A stretch of DNA of 48,720 nucleotides from an uncultured Phycisphaeraceae bacterium (GCA_964399525.1 CAYNRF010000001.1:2125-50844); one strand, 5' to 3'; counted from the stretch's first letter, positions 33,824-42,676 are shown. The notes: a model not told the origin generated them from the letters alone. Program-made: numbers and translations.

Positions 33824-36256
33824 ATGTTCAGCCGATACGCCGTCGTTTTTCCGTTGTGCCTGCTGTTCCTGGCGGTCGCGGCCTTTCCGCTCGGGGCCGC
33901 TCCGATCACCCTGACCGAGATCGACCGCACGCTGCAGGGCCGCAAGGTCCGCGGCTGGGTCGCGGTGGTTGATCTGAGCGACCCCCGGGTCGAGACGGTC
34001 GTGACCGGGCCGGCCCCCGCCGGGACCGACGCCGAAGCGGTGCTGACGCGCACCGACCTGTGGCAGCAGGCCAACGGTGTGCGTCTGGCCGTCAACGCCA
34101 ACTTCTACGCCACCCTGCCCGGCGGCAAGGCCGACATCGTCGGCCTGAGCGTTTCCGACGGGGTGATCGTCTCCGGGGCGCGGCGCTTCGAGTCCAACCC
34201 CCACGATCCCGCCCTGGTCTTCCGCCAGGACGGTTCGGCCGCCATCGGGAGCTTTTCCAACACCGACGCCCAGCAGGCCCGCGACGCGGTCGCCGGGGTC
34301 GGGCCTTCCAACACCGACTCCGTCGCGGGCACGCAGCTCGTCACCGACGGCCAGAACACGGGCGCGACCGCGCGTGTCGAGCCGGCGACCCGGGCCCCCC
34401 GCACGGCCGCGGGCGTGAGCCAGGACGGGCGGACGCTCGTCCTGATGGTGATCGACGGGCGCCAGCCGGGCTGGTCCGACGGCGTGACCCTGTCGCAGCT
34501 CGCGGACCTGATGATCGAGTTCGGCTCGTGGGATGCGATCAATCTCGACGGCGGGGGCTCGAGTTCGTTCATCCACGACGACGGGACGCAGCGCGTCACG
34601 AACCGCCCTTCGGACGGCCAGTTCCGCGCCGTCGCGAACCACCTGGGCATCCGGGTCAACGCCGCGCTGCCCCCGGACGCGCAGACCCGCCGCAAGATCC
34701 GCGGCGTGTGGCTGCGCCCGCCGGCCTCGGTCGCGGCGCTCGGGCCGACGTTCCAGACGCTCGCCTCGTGCGGCATCCGCGACGTCTACCTGGAGACCTT
34801 CTACTGGGGGCGGGCGACCAACGACTCGGCGGTGTTCCAGGATCGATTCTCGTTCGATTACCTGTCCGAGGCGATCCGCATCGGCGCGGCCAAGGGCATC
34901 CGCGTGCACGCGTGGCTCGAGGCGGCGTACTGGTCGTTCCAGGGATCGGGCGATTACATCCTCAACCAGCACCCCGAGTGGAAGGTCGTGGATCACAACG
35001 AGAACACCAACATCGGCGACCAGGCCGGTCAGGTGTTCGTCAACATCGGGCTGCCCGGCGTGCAGGCCAAGCTGGCCGAGTATTGCCGCGAGCTGGCGGC
35101 CTACCCGGGTCTGTGGGGCATCCAGACCGACTACCACCGCTTCCCGCTGGACAACAACACCGCCGACAACCAGCCGGCGCCGTACTCGTACGACTTCGAT
35201 TCGCGTCTGGCGTTCTTCGGACAGTATGGCGTCGATCCGCTCGTCGCCGTCCGCTCCCCGACCGCGCCGCTGTGGAACCAGTGGGTCGCGTTCCGCCGCG
35301 ACCGGATCGCCCGCGCCGCCCAGGCGATGCACAACGCCATCAACGAGGTGGCGCCCGCGCTGGTCTTCTCCGGGGCCATCTTCGCGCAGGCGATGACCAA
35401 CCCGTCCCAGCTCGTCAAGATGCAGGACTGGCCGACCATGGCCGCCAACGGCTGGCTTGAGCACGTCGTTCCGATGGCGTATTCGACCAGCACGACGGGC
35501 ATCCGCAACGACCTGCAGTCCGCGCTCAACCAGGCCGGGGGCGCGCGGATCGTTGCGGGCCTGGCCATCCTCACCAACCAGACCCGGCCGGGCATCGCCC
35601 AGCAGCTGGGCGCCGCCAAGGGCGTGGGCATCGAGGACTTCATCCTGTTCGACGCCAACGTGCTGGTGGCCAGCACGGCGATGCAGAACGAACTGCGCAG
35701 CTTTCTCCAGACCCAGGCCACCTTCCAGAACGCGGACTTCAACCGGGATTTCGACGTCGACTCCCGCGACTGGCAGTTTCTCGAATATGCCATGACCTTC
35801 GAGCCCGGACCGCCGCCGCCGGGCTTCGAGGCGGCCGATCTGAACGGCGACGGCTCGATGGGGCCCGCGGACCGGGCCATCTTCCGGGACCAGTTCCGCA
35901 AGCACCGCTTCAACGCCCAGGGCGTCGTGGGCGAGCGCGAGATGCGCGCTTTTCTCGATTCTTTCACCGGACCGGGGCCGGGCGGCCTGGCGCTGGGCGT
36001 CCACCACCTGCACGATCTCGACGGCGACGGCGACGTGGACTACGCCGACCAGCTGATCCTGCACGCGCTGCTGACCGAGCCCGTCCCGTTCGACCTGGAC
36101 CTCAACGCCAGCGCCACGGTGGACGTCGATGATCTCCACGCCTGGTTCGCCCAGCCCCGGGACGTCAACCGCGACGGCATCATCGACCAGCGGGATCGGG
36201 AGCTGCTCGAGCAGGTGATCCGGGACGGCGAGCTCGACGCGGTCTCCGGCCGCTAG
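33824..36256 (+). CDS. Secreted multidomain protein: phosphodiester glycosidase (NAGPA-like, PF09992), GHL10 domain and classical dockerin repeats
   Basis: Start ATG 33824 (MFSRYAVVFPLCLLFLAVAAFPLGAAP). NAGPA-like blocks are VNANFYA, GLSVSDGVIVS and TAAGVSQDGRTLVLMVIDGRQPGWSDGVTL...INLDGGGSS. The GHL10 domain begins at IRGVWLRPP (~34690). EF-hand/dockerin loops are DFNRDFDVDSRD, DLNGDGSMGPAD, DLDGDGDVDYAD and DVNRDGIIDQRD (~35730-36250). Confidence 0.85.
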   Translation: MFSRYAVVFPLCLLFLAVAAFPLGAAPITLTEIDRTLQGRKVRGWVAVVDLSDPRVETVVTGPAPAGTDAEAVLTRTDLWQQANGVRLAVNANFYATLPGGKADIVGLSVSDGVIVSGARRFESNPHDPALVFRQDGSAAIGSFSNTDAQQARDAVAGVGPSNTDSVAGTQLVTDGQNTGATARVEPATRAPRTAAGVSQDGRTLVLMVIDGRQPGWSDGVTLSQLADLMIEFGSWDAINLDGGGSSSFIHDDGTQRVTNRPSDGQFRAVANHLGIRVNAALPPDAQTRRKIRGVWLRPPASVAALGPTFQTLASCGIRDVYLETFYWGRATNDSAVFQDRFSFDYLSEAIRIGAAKGIRVHAWLEAAYWSFQGSGDYILNQHPEWKVVDHNENTNIGDQAGQVFVNIGLPGVQAKLAEYCRELAAYPGLWGIQTDYHRFPLDNNTADNQPAPYSYDFDSRLAFFGQYGVDPLVAVRSPTAPLWNQWVAFRRDRIARAAQAMHNAINEVAPALVFSGAIFAQAMTNPSQLVKMQDWPTMAANGWLEHVVPMAYSTSTTGIRNDLQSALNQAGGARIVAGLAILTNQTRPGIAQQLGAAKGVGIEDFILFDANVLVASTAMQNELRSFLQTQATFQNADFNRDFDVDSRDWQFLEYAMTFEPGPPPPGFEAADLNGDGSMGPADRAIFRDQFRKHRFNAQGVVGEREMRAFLDSFTGPGPGGLALGVHHLHDLDGDGDVDYADQLILHALLTEPVPFDLDLNASATVDVDDLHAWFAQPRDVNRDGIIDQRDRELLEQVIRDGELDAVSGR

Positions 36257-36282
36257 ATCCTGATCAGAAAGGCCTGGCGCGC

Positions 36283-37161
36283 GTGACCACCCTGGGCATC
36301 GACATCGGCGGCACCGCCGTCAAGGCCGCGGTCCTCGCCGCGGACGGCGCCGCGACGACCTCGGTCAGCGATCCCTACACGCGACCGGACCGCGCCGTGC
36401 TGCGGGCCGCCGTGCGCGACGCGGTCGCCCGGCTCGATCCGTCCGGGATCCGCGCGGTGGGGCTGTGCGTGCCCGGGCGGCGATGCGCCGCGGGCACGCA
36501 CGTGGAACTCGCGCTGAACGTCCCCGGGCTCGAGCGGTACCCGTTCACGGAGATCGTGTCCGACGCCATCGGACGCAAGGCGCCGGTGCGGGTGTGCAGC
36601 GACGCGCAGGCGGCCACCACCGACGCGGCTCGCGACCATCCGAACGCCCGGCGGGTGCTGGGGATCGCCATCGGCACCGGCGTGGGGGCCAGCCTTCTCG
36701 AGCACGGCCGCCCGCTGCGGCTGGGCGAGTGCACCATCGGGCTCCTCGGCCAGATCGATGTCGGCCGGCCCGACGGGGTGGATCCTCCGGGCCCGATCGG
36801 CCCCGACGGCGGGCGGAACTCGCTGGAGGCCTATCTGGGCGTCGCGGCGCTGCGCGGGCGGTTCGGGACGGACTTCGCGGCGGCGCTGCCGGACCTGCCC
36901 GCGTCCGATCCGGCGCTGCTGGCGCTGGCGCGGGCGATCCGGATTGCGCTGGCGGTGTACACCCCGGACCTTGTGCTGATCCTCGGCGGCCTCGGGCTGG
37001 CCCTGCGGGCCCACGCTGAACCGCTCGAGGCCATGGTCCGTACCGATCTGACGAGCATCGCGCCGCGTGGCTGGGCTTTGGCATTCGGCCGATCGCGTTT
37101 CCATGCGGCCGTTGGTGCGGCCCGGATGGCAGTGGATTTCTCGGACACGGAGCCGAAATAG
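36283..37161 (+). CDS. ROK/ASKHA-fold sugar kinase-like protein (polyphosphate-glucokinase-like, lacks the Cys-rich zinc motif)
   Basis: 292 aa from GTG 36283. LGIDIGGTAVKAAV (phosphate-1), GLCVPG and LGIAIGTGVGASL are present. No CxCGxxGC motif is visible. Confidence 0.6.
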   Translation: MTTLGIDIGGTAVKAAVLAADGAATTSVSDPYTRPDRAVLRAAVRDAVARLDPSGIRAVGLCVPGRRCAAGTHVELALNVPGLERYPFTEIVSDAIGRKAPVRVCSDAQAATTDAARDHPNARRVLGIAIGTGVGASLLEHGRPLRLGECTIGLLGQIDVGRPDGVDPPGPIGPDGGRNSLEAYLGVAALRGRFGTDFAAALPDLPASDPALLALARAIRIALAVYTPDLVLILGGLGLALRAHAEPLEAMVRTDLTSIAPRGWALAFGRSRFHAAVGAARMAVDFSDTEPK

Positions 37162-37246
37162 AAAATGCTTTCGTGGTTCCGATCGTGTTCCGGTCCACGA
37201 TTTCGACGGCTCCTGCCCCGATTTTCCCCTTCCGACCAAGGGAAAT

Positions 37247-37264
37247 AAGTTATATAATCATTCC
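37247..37264 (+). promoter_or_regulatory. AT-only motif AAGTTATATAATCATTCC, candidate promoter -10 for the GC-dockerin paralogue
   Basis: TATAAT at 37253-37258, with TTCCGA 17 nt upstream. It lies about 65 nt upstream of ATG 37325. The inverted repeat TTTCCC/GGGAAA (37223-37245) sits immediately upstream. Confidence 0.4.
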
Positions 37265-37324
37265 AGCGGAGTCCGGCGCGAGCCGGGCACGCTCCATCAG
37301 CAAGATCAGAGGGAGACCGGACTC

Positions 37325-38680
37325 ATGAATCGCAGCCGCATTGCCCTGTTCCTCGTCGCGGGGGCCCTGGGTGTATCACCCGCCATGGCCCAGGATTACA
37401 CCTTCCAGCTCATCCAGACCGAGGAGATCGATCTCCTCAGCGACTCCACCAGCCCGACCTTCTTCATCGGCAACAACCCCAGCTCGATCGCCTTCGACGG
37501 CACCGACCTGTACGTGGGTGGCTTCGCCAACTTTGCCAATCCGATCCCCGGCGTGCAGATCGTTCAGATCCAGGACTTCCTGCTCGGCACAGGCGGTCGC
37601 CAGTTCGCGATCGTCGAAGGTTCCTTCGCCGCCAGCCCCTCCCCCTTGACCAACTTCCGGGGCTGGACCGGTCTGGACTGGGACGCCGAGCGTGGCCTGC
37701 TGGGCACGGTCGACTTCGGCAACTCCGGTCTGCCCAACCAGATCAAGGTGTTCAACTACAAGCCCTCGACCGCCGGCGGCTTCCTCCGCTCGCTGAATCT
37801 CAAGGCCCAGTCGATCGACCTGCGCGGCATCGCCGGCCCGAGCTGGGACCGCGGCTACAACGGCCAGGGTTTCGGTGCTGACGGTGCCGTGGTCGCGTCG
37901 GTCCTCGATCCGTTCACCGGCCCGGCGGAGGAGAAGAACGGTCCGTTCGGCCACATCCTTCCCGACGAGCCCGGCCTGAGCGATCCGATCCCGGACCTGG
38001 ACAGCATCTTCGGCGTCGCGTACTTCCCCCCCAGCGGCCCCGCCCTGATCCAGCCCAACACCAGCACCCTGTGGCGTGACCTGGACATCGATCCGAACAC
38101 CGGCGACATGGCCGCCCGCGCCGCCAACATTCTGATCATCGCCACCCGCTCGCCGGACGGCCAGACCCCCAACCGCATCTCCGTCGGGGTCGACGACGCT
38201 CCGTTCGTCTCCGGCCAGAACGTCGCGATCCTCCACGGCCTGGAGGGCGGCGACCTGGTGATCTACAACAACCGGCCGCTCACCTCCGGCGGACAGCCCT
38301 TCGAAGGCGCCATCCGGCTCGCGACCAAGTCCGGCTCTCCCGTGACCCTGAACATCGTCGACGCGTCGGGCGCACCGGTCGCGCTGCCGCCCGGCGTGGG
38401 GTACTACGACTTCGCGTGGGACGAGGCCTCGCAGACCCTGTGCATCCTCGACTTCGCCGCCCGCGACGTCTATGTCCTCCGTCCGTTCAGCGACCCGGCC
38501 TGCCCCTGCGACAGCCCGGCCAACATCAACTGCGACGGCCAGCTCAACTTCTTCGACGTCTCCGCCTTCATCCAGCTCTACAACGCGCAGAACCCGATCG
38601 CTGACTTCAACAACGACGGTCTGTTCAACTTCTTCGACGTGTCGACCTTCATCGGCGTGTTCAACCAGGGCTGCCCGTAA
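37325..38680 (+). CDS. Secreted protein with C-terminal GC-type dockerin-like module; paralogue of the PEP-CTERM protein at 24732-25793
   Basis: 451 aa from ATG 37325 (MNRSRIALFLVAGALGVSPAMAQ), with GGGAGA upstream. The tail is CPCDSPANINCDGQLNFFDVSAFIQLYNAQNPIADFNNDGLFNFFDVSTFIGVFNQGCP (38501-38677). Tracked ORF 37067-38680 overruns the start. Confidence 0.85.
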   Translation: MNRSRIALFLVAGALGVSPAMAQDYTFQLIQTEEIDLLSDSTSPTFFIGNNPSSIAFDGTDLYVGGFANFANPIPGVQIVQIQDFLLGTGGRQFAIVEGSFAASPSPLTNFRGWTGLDWDAERGLLGTVDFGNSGLPNQIKVFNYKPSTAGGFLRSLNLKAQSIDLRGIAGPSWDRGYNGQGFGADGAVVASVLDPFTGPAEEKNGPFGHILPDEPGLSDPIPDLDSIFGVAYFPPSGPALIQPNTSTLWRDLDIDPNTGDMAARAANILIIATRSPDGQTPNRISVGVDDAPFVSGQNVAILHGLEGGDLVIYNNRPLTSGGQPFEGAIRLATKSGSPVTLNIVDASGAPVALPPGVGYYDFAWDEASQTLCILDFAARDVYVLRPFSDPACPCDSPANINCDGQLNFFDVSAFIQLYNAQNPIADFNNDGLFNFFDVSTFIGVFNQGCP

Positions 38681-38707
38681 GCCCCGCTCTGATCCGCGTG
38701 TTTCCTC

Positions 38708-38740
38708 GGCCGCCCCGGGCTCTGCCCGGGGCGGCCTTTT
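38708..38740 (+). terminator. Rho-independent terminator
   Basis: GGCCGCCCCGGG-CTCTG-CCCGGGGCGGCC (12-bp perfect stem) followed by TTTT. It abuts the stop of the convergent symporter gene. Confidence 0.65.
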
Positions 38741-40401
38741 CATGCCCGGGCACGCTCCGGGAAGATCCTCGCCGTCACGAGTCCCACCAGCCAGGCCGCA
38801 GCGCTGGCGATCGCCAGTTTCCACACGAACGCCAGATCCAGCACCGCCAGCAGCGGCGGGCGGGCCGCCACCGGATCGGCCAGGCGGGCGGCGCGGAAGT
38901 TCTCGCGCAGGGCGCTCAGATCAACGATGTTGGCCCAGACGATGTCCTGCATGGCCAGCACCACGACAAATCCGGTCACGAGCGTCGCCACGACGCCCGC
39001 GGTGCTGCCCCCCCGGGTCAGCAGCGCTGTCAGGAAGACGGGGATCAGGCCGGCGTAGGCGAACGTCATGACCGACAGGGCGAACGTGAGCAGCGTCCCG
39101 CCCTCGCGCAGTTCTCCTTCCTGCGACTGCCAGAACACACAGACCACGGCGAACCCGCCCAGGATCAGGCCCCATCCCACCACCGCGCACCGCCCGGCGC
39201 GCAGGTAGTGCCGCTCGTCGCGGTCGGGGCGCAGACGCCGGTAGAAGTCGTTGATGAAGGTTGACGCCATGGCGTTGATGCCGCTGTTCAGGCTCGAAAG
39301 CCCCGCCGCGAACAGCCCGGCCATCATCAGGCCGCTCACGCCGGCCGGCATGTGGTCGATGATGAAGCTCAGGAACACCCGGCGGGAATCCTCGGGCACG
39401 GCCGGGGCTTCGAGACCGTGGTCCGCCCACATCTGCGGCTGCTGGTAGAAGAGCCACAGCAGCAGACCCACGATCAGGAAGAGCGCCACCGAAGGCACCC
39501 CGAACAGGATGCCCCCGATCACCGATCGGGCGGCCGACTTCTCGTCCTTGCAGGTCAGCATCCGCTGGGTGAGGTCCTGGTCGGTCCCGTAGGACGCGAT
39601 GCCCATCAGGGCGAACCCGACGATCACCGCCGGCAGGGAGAACGGCATCGTCCACCAGGGGTCCGCGCCGGAGCCGGCCTGGATGACCGTCAGCTTGCTG
39701 GCCTGGCCGTCCCCCGGGCTGGCGAGCATCGCCACGGCCTCGCCCGCCGAGACGGGCAGCTGCCAGGCGATCAGCCCGATCGCCAGCACGCAGGCGCCCA
39801 GCAGCACCGCCATCTGGACCACGTCGGTCCAGATCACGCTCGAGATCCCGCCGGCGAGGGTGTAGACGATCCCCACGACCGTCAGCCCGGCGATCGCGAT
39901 GCACAGGTTGCCCGGCTCCAGCCCGGCGTCCCCGAAGAGGATGATCGATGCCGGGATGGCCCCGATGAACACGCGGACGCCGCTGGCCATGATCCGCCCG
40001 AGCATGTACGCCCCGCTCGTCGCCTGCATGGCGGTGCGCCCGTACCGCTGGTCGAGCAGCTCATAGATCGTCCGCACCCGCCTGCGATAGAACGCCGGGA
40101 TAAACAGGAAGGCGATGACGAACGCCGCGATGACCATGCCGATGTTCGTGCTCAGGTATGTCAGGTCCCCCGTGTATCCCTGCTGCGGAACGCCGATGAA
40201 GCTCGCCGCCGACATGCTCGTGGCCACGATCGACACCCCGACGGCCCAGGCGGGCATCCGGCGTCCGCCGAGGAAATAGTCGTCCGTCCCGGTCTGCTCG
40301 CGGCGCGCGTACCACACGCCCGTCACGGCCAGCACGGCGAAATAGCCGCCCAGAACCACCCAGTCCAGCGTCGCCAGGTCCGAAGAGAATCGCGTGAGCA
40401 T
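38740..40401 (-). CDS. Sodium:solute symporter family (SSF) transporter
   Basis: 553 aa from ATG 40401 (MLTRFSSDLATLDWVVLGGYFAVLAVTGVWYARRE...DDYFLGGRRMPAWAVGVSIVATSMSAASFIG). About 13-14 TM segments. Tracked ORF 38740-40587 overruns the start. Confidence 0.9.
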   Translation of the reverse strand: MLTRFSSDLATLDWVVLGGYFAVLAVTGVWYARREQTGTDDYFLGGRRMPAWAVGVSIVATSMSAASFIGVPQQGYTGDLTYLSTNIGMVIAAFVIAFLFIPAFYRRRVRTIYELLDQRYGRTAMQATSGAYMLGRIMASGVRVFIGAIPASIILFGDAGLEPGNLCIAIAGLTVVGIVYTLAGGISSVIWTDVVQMAVLLGACVLAIGLIAWQLPVSAGEAVAMLASPGDGQASKLTVIQAGSGADPWWTMPFSLPAVIVGFALMGIASYGTDQDLTQRMLTCKDEKSAARSVIGGILFGVPSVALFLIVGLLLWLFYQQPQMWADHGLEAPAVPEDSRRVFLSFIIDHMPAGVSGLMMAGLFAAGLSSLNSGINAMASTFINDFYRRLRPDRDERHYLRAGRCAVVGWGLILGGFAVVCVFWQSQEGELREGGTLLTFALSVMTFAYAGLIPVFLTALLTRGGSTAGVVATLVTGFVVVLAMQDIVWANIVDLSALRENFRAARLADPVAARPPLLAVLDLAFVWKLAIASAAAWLVGLVTARIFPERARA

Positions 40402-40447
40402 GCCGGGCACGATACCCTCCCCCGTCCAACCCTGCACGGAGACGCCG

Positions 40448-41455
40448 ATGCGACGGAATCGAATGACTGTCCTGCTGCTCGCCCTGGTCGCCGCCGTGGC
40501 CGGCTGCCGCGCGCCCGCGCCGCTGCCCGGCGACCGCCTGGAGCGGCGTGGGGACGAGATCGTGGTCGCCGGGCAGCTGTTCCACACCGGAGCCCCCGTC
40601 GTCCTCTGGACGGATCCGGGCGGTTACGACGCGTACCGCGTCGAGCGACGCTTCGCCCGGGCCGAGGAATCCTCGTGGAACGCCATCAAGGATGCGCTGG
40701 ACACCCCGAACCGATACGGCCAGCGACGGACCGACGACCCGGAGCTCAACGAGCGTGTCCGCGGCGGTGGTTGGACCCTGGACGAGCTGCGCGGCGTCGT
40801 GGATCAGTTCGTGCTGCACTATGACGTCTGCGGGACCAGCCGCACCTGCTTCCGCGTCCTGCACGACATGCGCGGCCTGTCCGTCCACTTCATGCTGGAC
40901 ATCGACGGCACGATCTACCAGACGCTGGACGTCAAGGAGCGTGCCTGGCACGCCACGATCGCCAACGACCGATCGGTCGGCATCGAGATCGCCCATATCG
41001 GGGCCTATCCGACGCTGGATGCCAGGCCGCTGACCGAGTGGTACGGAGCCGACGCCGAAGGCCGCACGCGGATCACCATCCCCGAGCGGCTCGGTGACGG
41101 CGGCGTCCGCACGCCGGGATTCATCGGTTTCCCGGCCCGGGCCGAGCCGGTTTCTGGAACGATCAACGGCTCCGAGCTGGTGATGTGGGACCTGACGCCC
41201 GAGCAGTACGACTCGCTGATCAAGCTCACCGCCGCCCTGCACCGCGCGCTGCCGGGGATCGAGCTGAACTACCCCGCCGACCCGGACGGGAGGGTGCTCG
41301 ACCGGGTGCTGGACGCCGACGAGTTCCGCTCGTTCCGCGGCGTGCTGGCGCACTGGCACGTGCAGCGCAACAAGATCGACCCCGGGCCGGCGCTGGATTG
41401 GAACAAGGTGATCGGCGGGGCCCGCGAACTCGTCGAGCGGGCGGAGCGCCGCTAG
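40448..41455 (+). CDS. N-acetylmuramoyl-L-alanine amidase (Amidase_2/PGRP fold) lipoprotein
   Basis: Start ATG 40448 (MRRNRMTVLLLALVAAVAGC lipobox). FVLHYDVCGTS, HFMLDIDGTIYQ, AWHATIANDRSVGIEIAH and HWHVQRNKIDPGPALDW are the zinc and substrate motifs of Amidase_2. Confidence 0.85.
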   Translation: MRRNRMTVLLLALVAAVAGCRAPAPLPGDRLERRGDEIVVAGQLFHTGAPVVLWTDPGGYDAYRVERRFARAEESSWNAIKDALDTPNRYGQRRTDDPELNERVRGGGWTLDELRGVVDQFVLHYDVCGTSRTCFRVLHDMRGLSVHFMLDIDGTIYQTLDVKERAWHATIANDRSVGIEIAHIGAYPTLDARPLTEWYGADAEGRTRITIPERLGDGGVRTPGFIGFPARAEPVSGTINGSELVMWDLTPEQYDSLIKLTAALHRALPGIELNYPADPDGRVLDRVLDADEFRSFRGVLAHWHVQRNKIDPGPALDWNKVIGGARELVERAERR

Positions 41456-42609
41456 ACCTTCAGGACCACCCCCGCGCGGTCCAGGCCCCAGGCGATCAGC
41501 CACCACAGGCCGACCGTGAAGAGGGCAAAGCCGAGCGAGGCGTTCGGCGGGCTGAGCACTGCGTCAAACCCGGCGGTGATCCACGCCTTCACGGTCGGCG
41601 CGTCGCCGGGCCCCGGGACCAGGATCAGGATGCGAGCGAGGATGCCGGACCCGACGAACACCGTGATCGCGTGGCGTCCGAGCAGCACGAGGGCGGCCCC
41701 GCCCGGGAGCCGATGCCGGTCGAAGGCGAACAGGCACAGTCCCAGCGCGGCGATCGCCCAGCCCCCGGAGAAGAGCACGTAGCTGCTCGTCCAGAGCGGC
41801 TTGTTGAGGGGAACGAACCCGGACGCCCACCAGCCGGCGCTCGCGAAGGCAACACCGGCGAGGACCAGCCGCCCGCACAGCCCGGGCGTCGGCGCACGGC
41901 CCCGGACTGCCAGGCCGCACCAATAGCCCATCATGGTGGACACCAGCGCCGGCAGCGTGCTCAGCAGGCCCTCCGGGTCGGTCGGAGAACCTCTGTAGAG
42001 CCGAGGCTCGCCGAGCACCGCCCGGTCCACCCAGCGGACCAGATTGTCGGACTCGGAGAAGGGGTCGGCCCGGTTGAACAGCCACAGAGCCAGCGGGTAG
42101 ACCGCCAGGAGGCAGGCGCACACGGCGACCTGCCCGCGCACGCCGACGAACGCGGCGAGCACGCACGCCATCAGGTAGACAAGCCCGATGCGCTGCAGCA
42201 CGCCCGGCAGGCGGACGGATCCGAGTTCGGACGCCGCGTCCGACCAGGACCAGGCCGCCGCGGCCTGCCACAGCGGCTGGAAACCGTTGAGCAGCAGCCC
42301 GAGGCCGATCAGCAACGCCGTGCGGCGCAGCACCCGACCCCAGAACGCCGCGCCCGGCCGCCCGCCTTCCAGATGACGCGGCAGCGAGAAGGCCATGGCC
42401 GCGCCGACGATGAACAGAAAGAACGGAAAAATCAGGTCCGTTGGCGTGCACCCGTGCCAGGCGGCGTGGCGCAGCGGCGGGTACACGGCCGCCCACGAGC
42501 CGGGGTTGTTGACGAGGATCATCGCCGCGATGGTGGCGCCGCGGAAGGCGTCCAGACTTGCAAGCCGTGTCCTGCCGGGCTCGGATTGTGGGCCGGATCC
42601 GTCGGGCAT
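41452..42609 (-). CDS. Polytopic membrane protein, DUF5009 heparan-alpha-glucosaminide N-acetyltransferase (HGSNAT)-like
   Basis: 385 aa. RLASLDAFRGATIAAMILVNNPGSW and AAWHGCTPTDLIFPFFLFIVGAAMAFS blocks, with about 10 TM segments. It lies 67 nt downstream of speA on the same strand. Confidence 0.85.
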   Translation of the reverse strand: MPDGSGPQSEPGRTRLASLDAFRGATIAAMILVNNPGSWAAVYPPLRHAAWHGCTPTDLIFPFFLFIVGAAMAFSLPRHLEGGRPGAAFWGRVLRRTALLIGLGLLLNGFQPLWQAAAAWSWSDAASELGSVRLPGVLQRIGLVYLMACVLAAFVGVRGQVAVCACLLAVYPLALWLFNRADPFSESDNLVRWVDRAVLGEPRLYRGSPTDPEGLLSTLPALVSTMMGYWCGLAVRGRAPTPGLCGRLVLAGVAFASAGWWASGFVPLNKPLWTSSYVLFSGGWAIAALGLCLFAFDRHRLPGGAALVLLGRHAITVFVGSGILARILILVPGPGDAPTVKAWITAGFDAVLSPPNASLGFALFTVGLWWLIAWGLDRAGVVLKV

Positions 42610-42676
42610 CGATCCTGAGCCTCCCTCTGCATCGGCGTTGTTCGCGCCGCTGTCCCGAGAAGATCGGGCGATCGCG

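Noticed and set aside
41452-41455. Convergent genes sharing the palindromic stop overlap CTAG (TAG on both strands).
   Set aside because: It is real in the sequence but is most simply a compact-genome coincidence. No hairpin or regulatory feature is associated with it.
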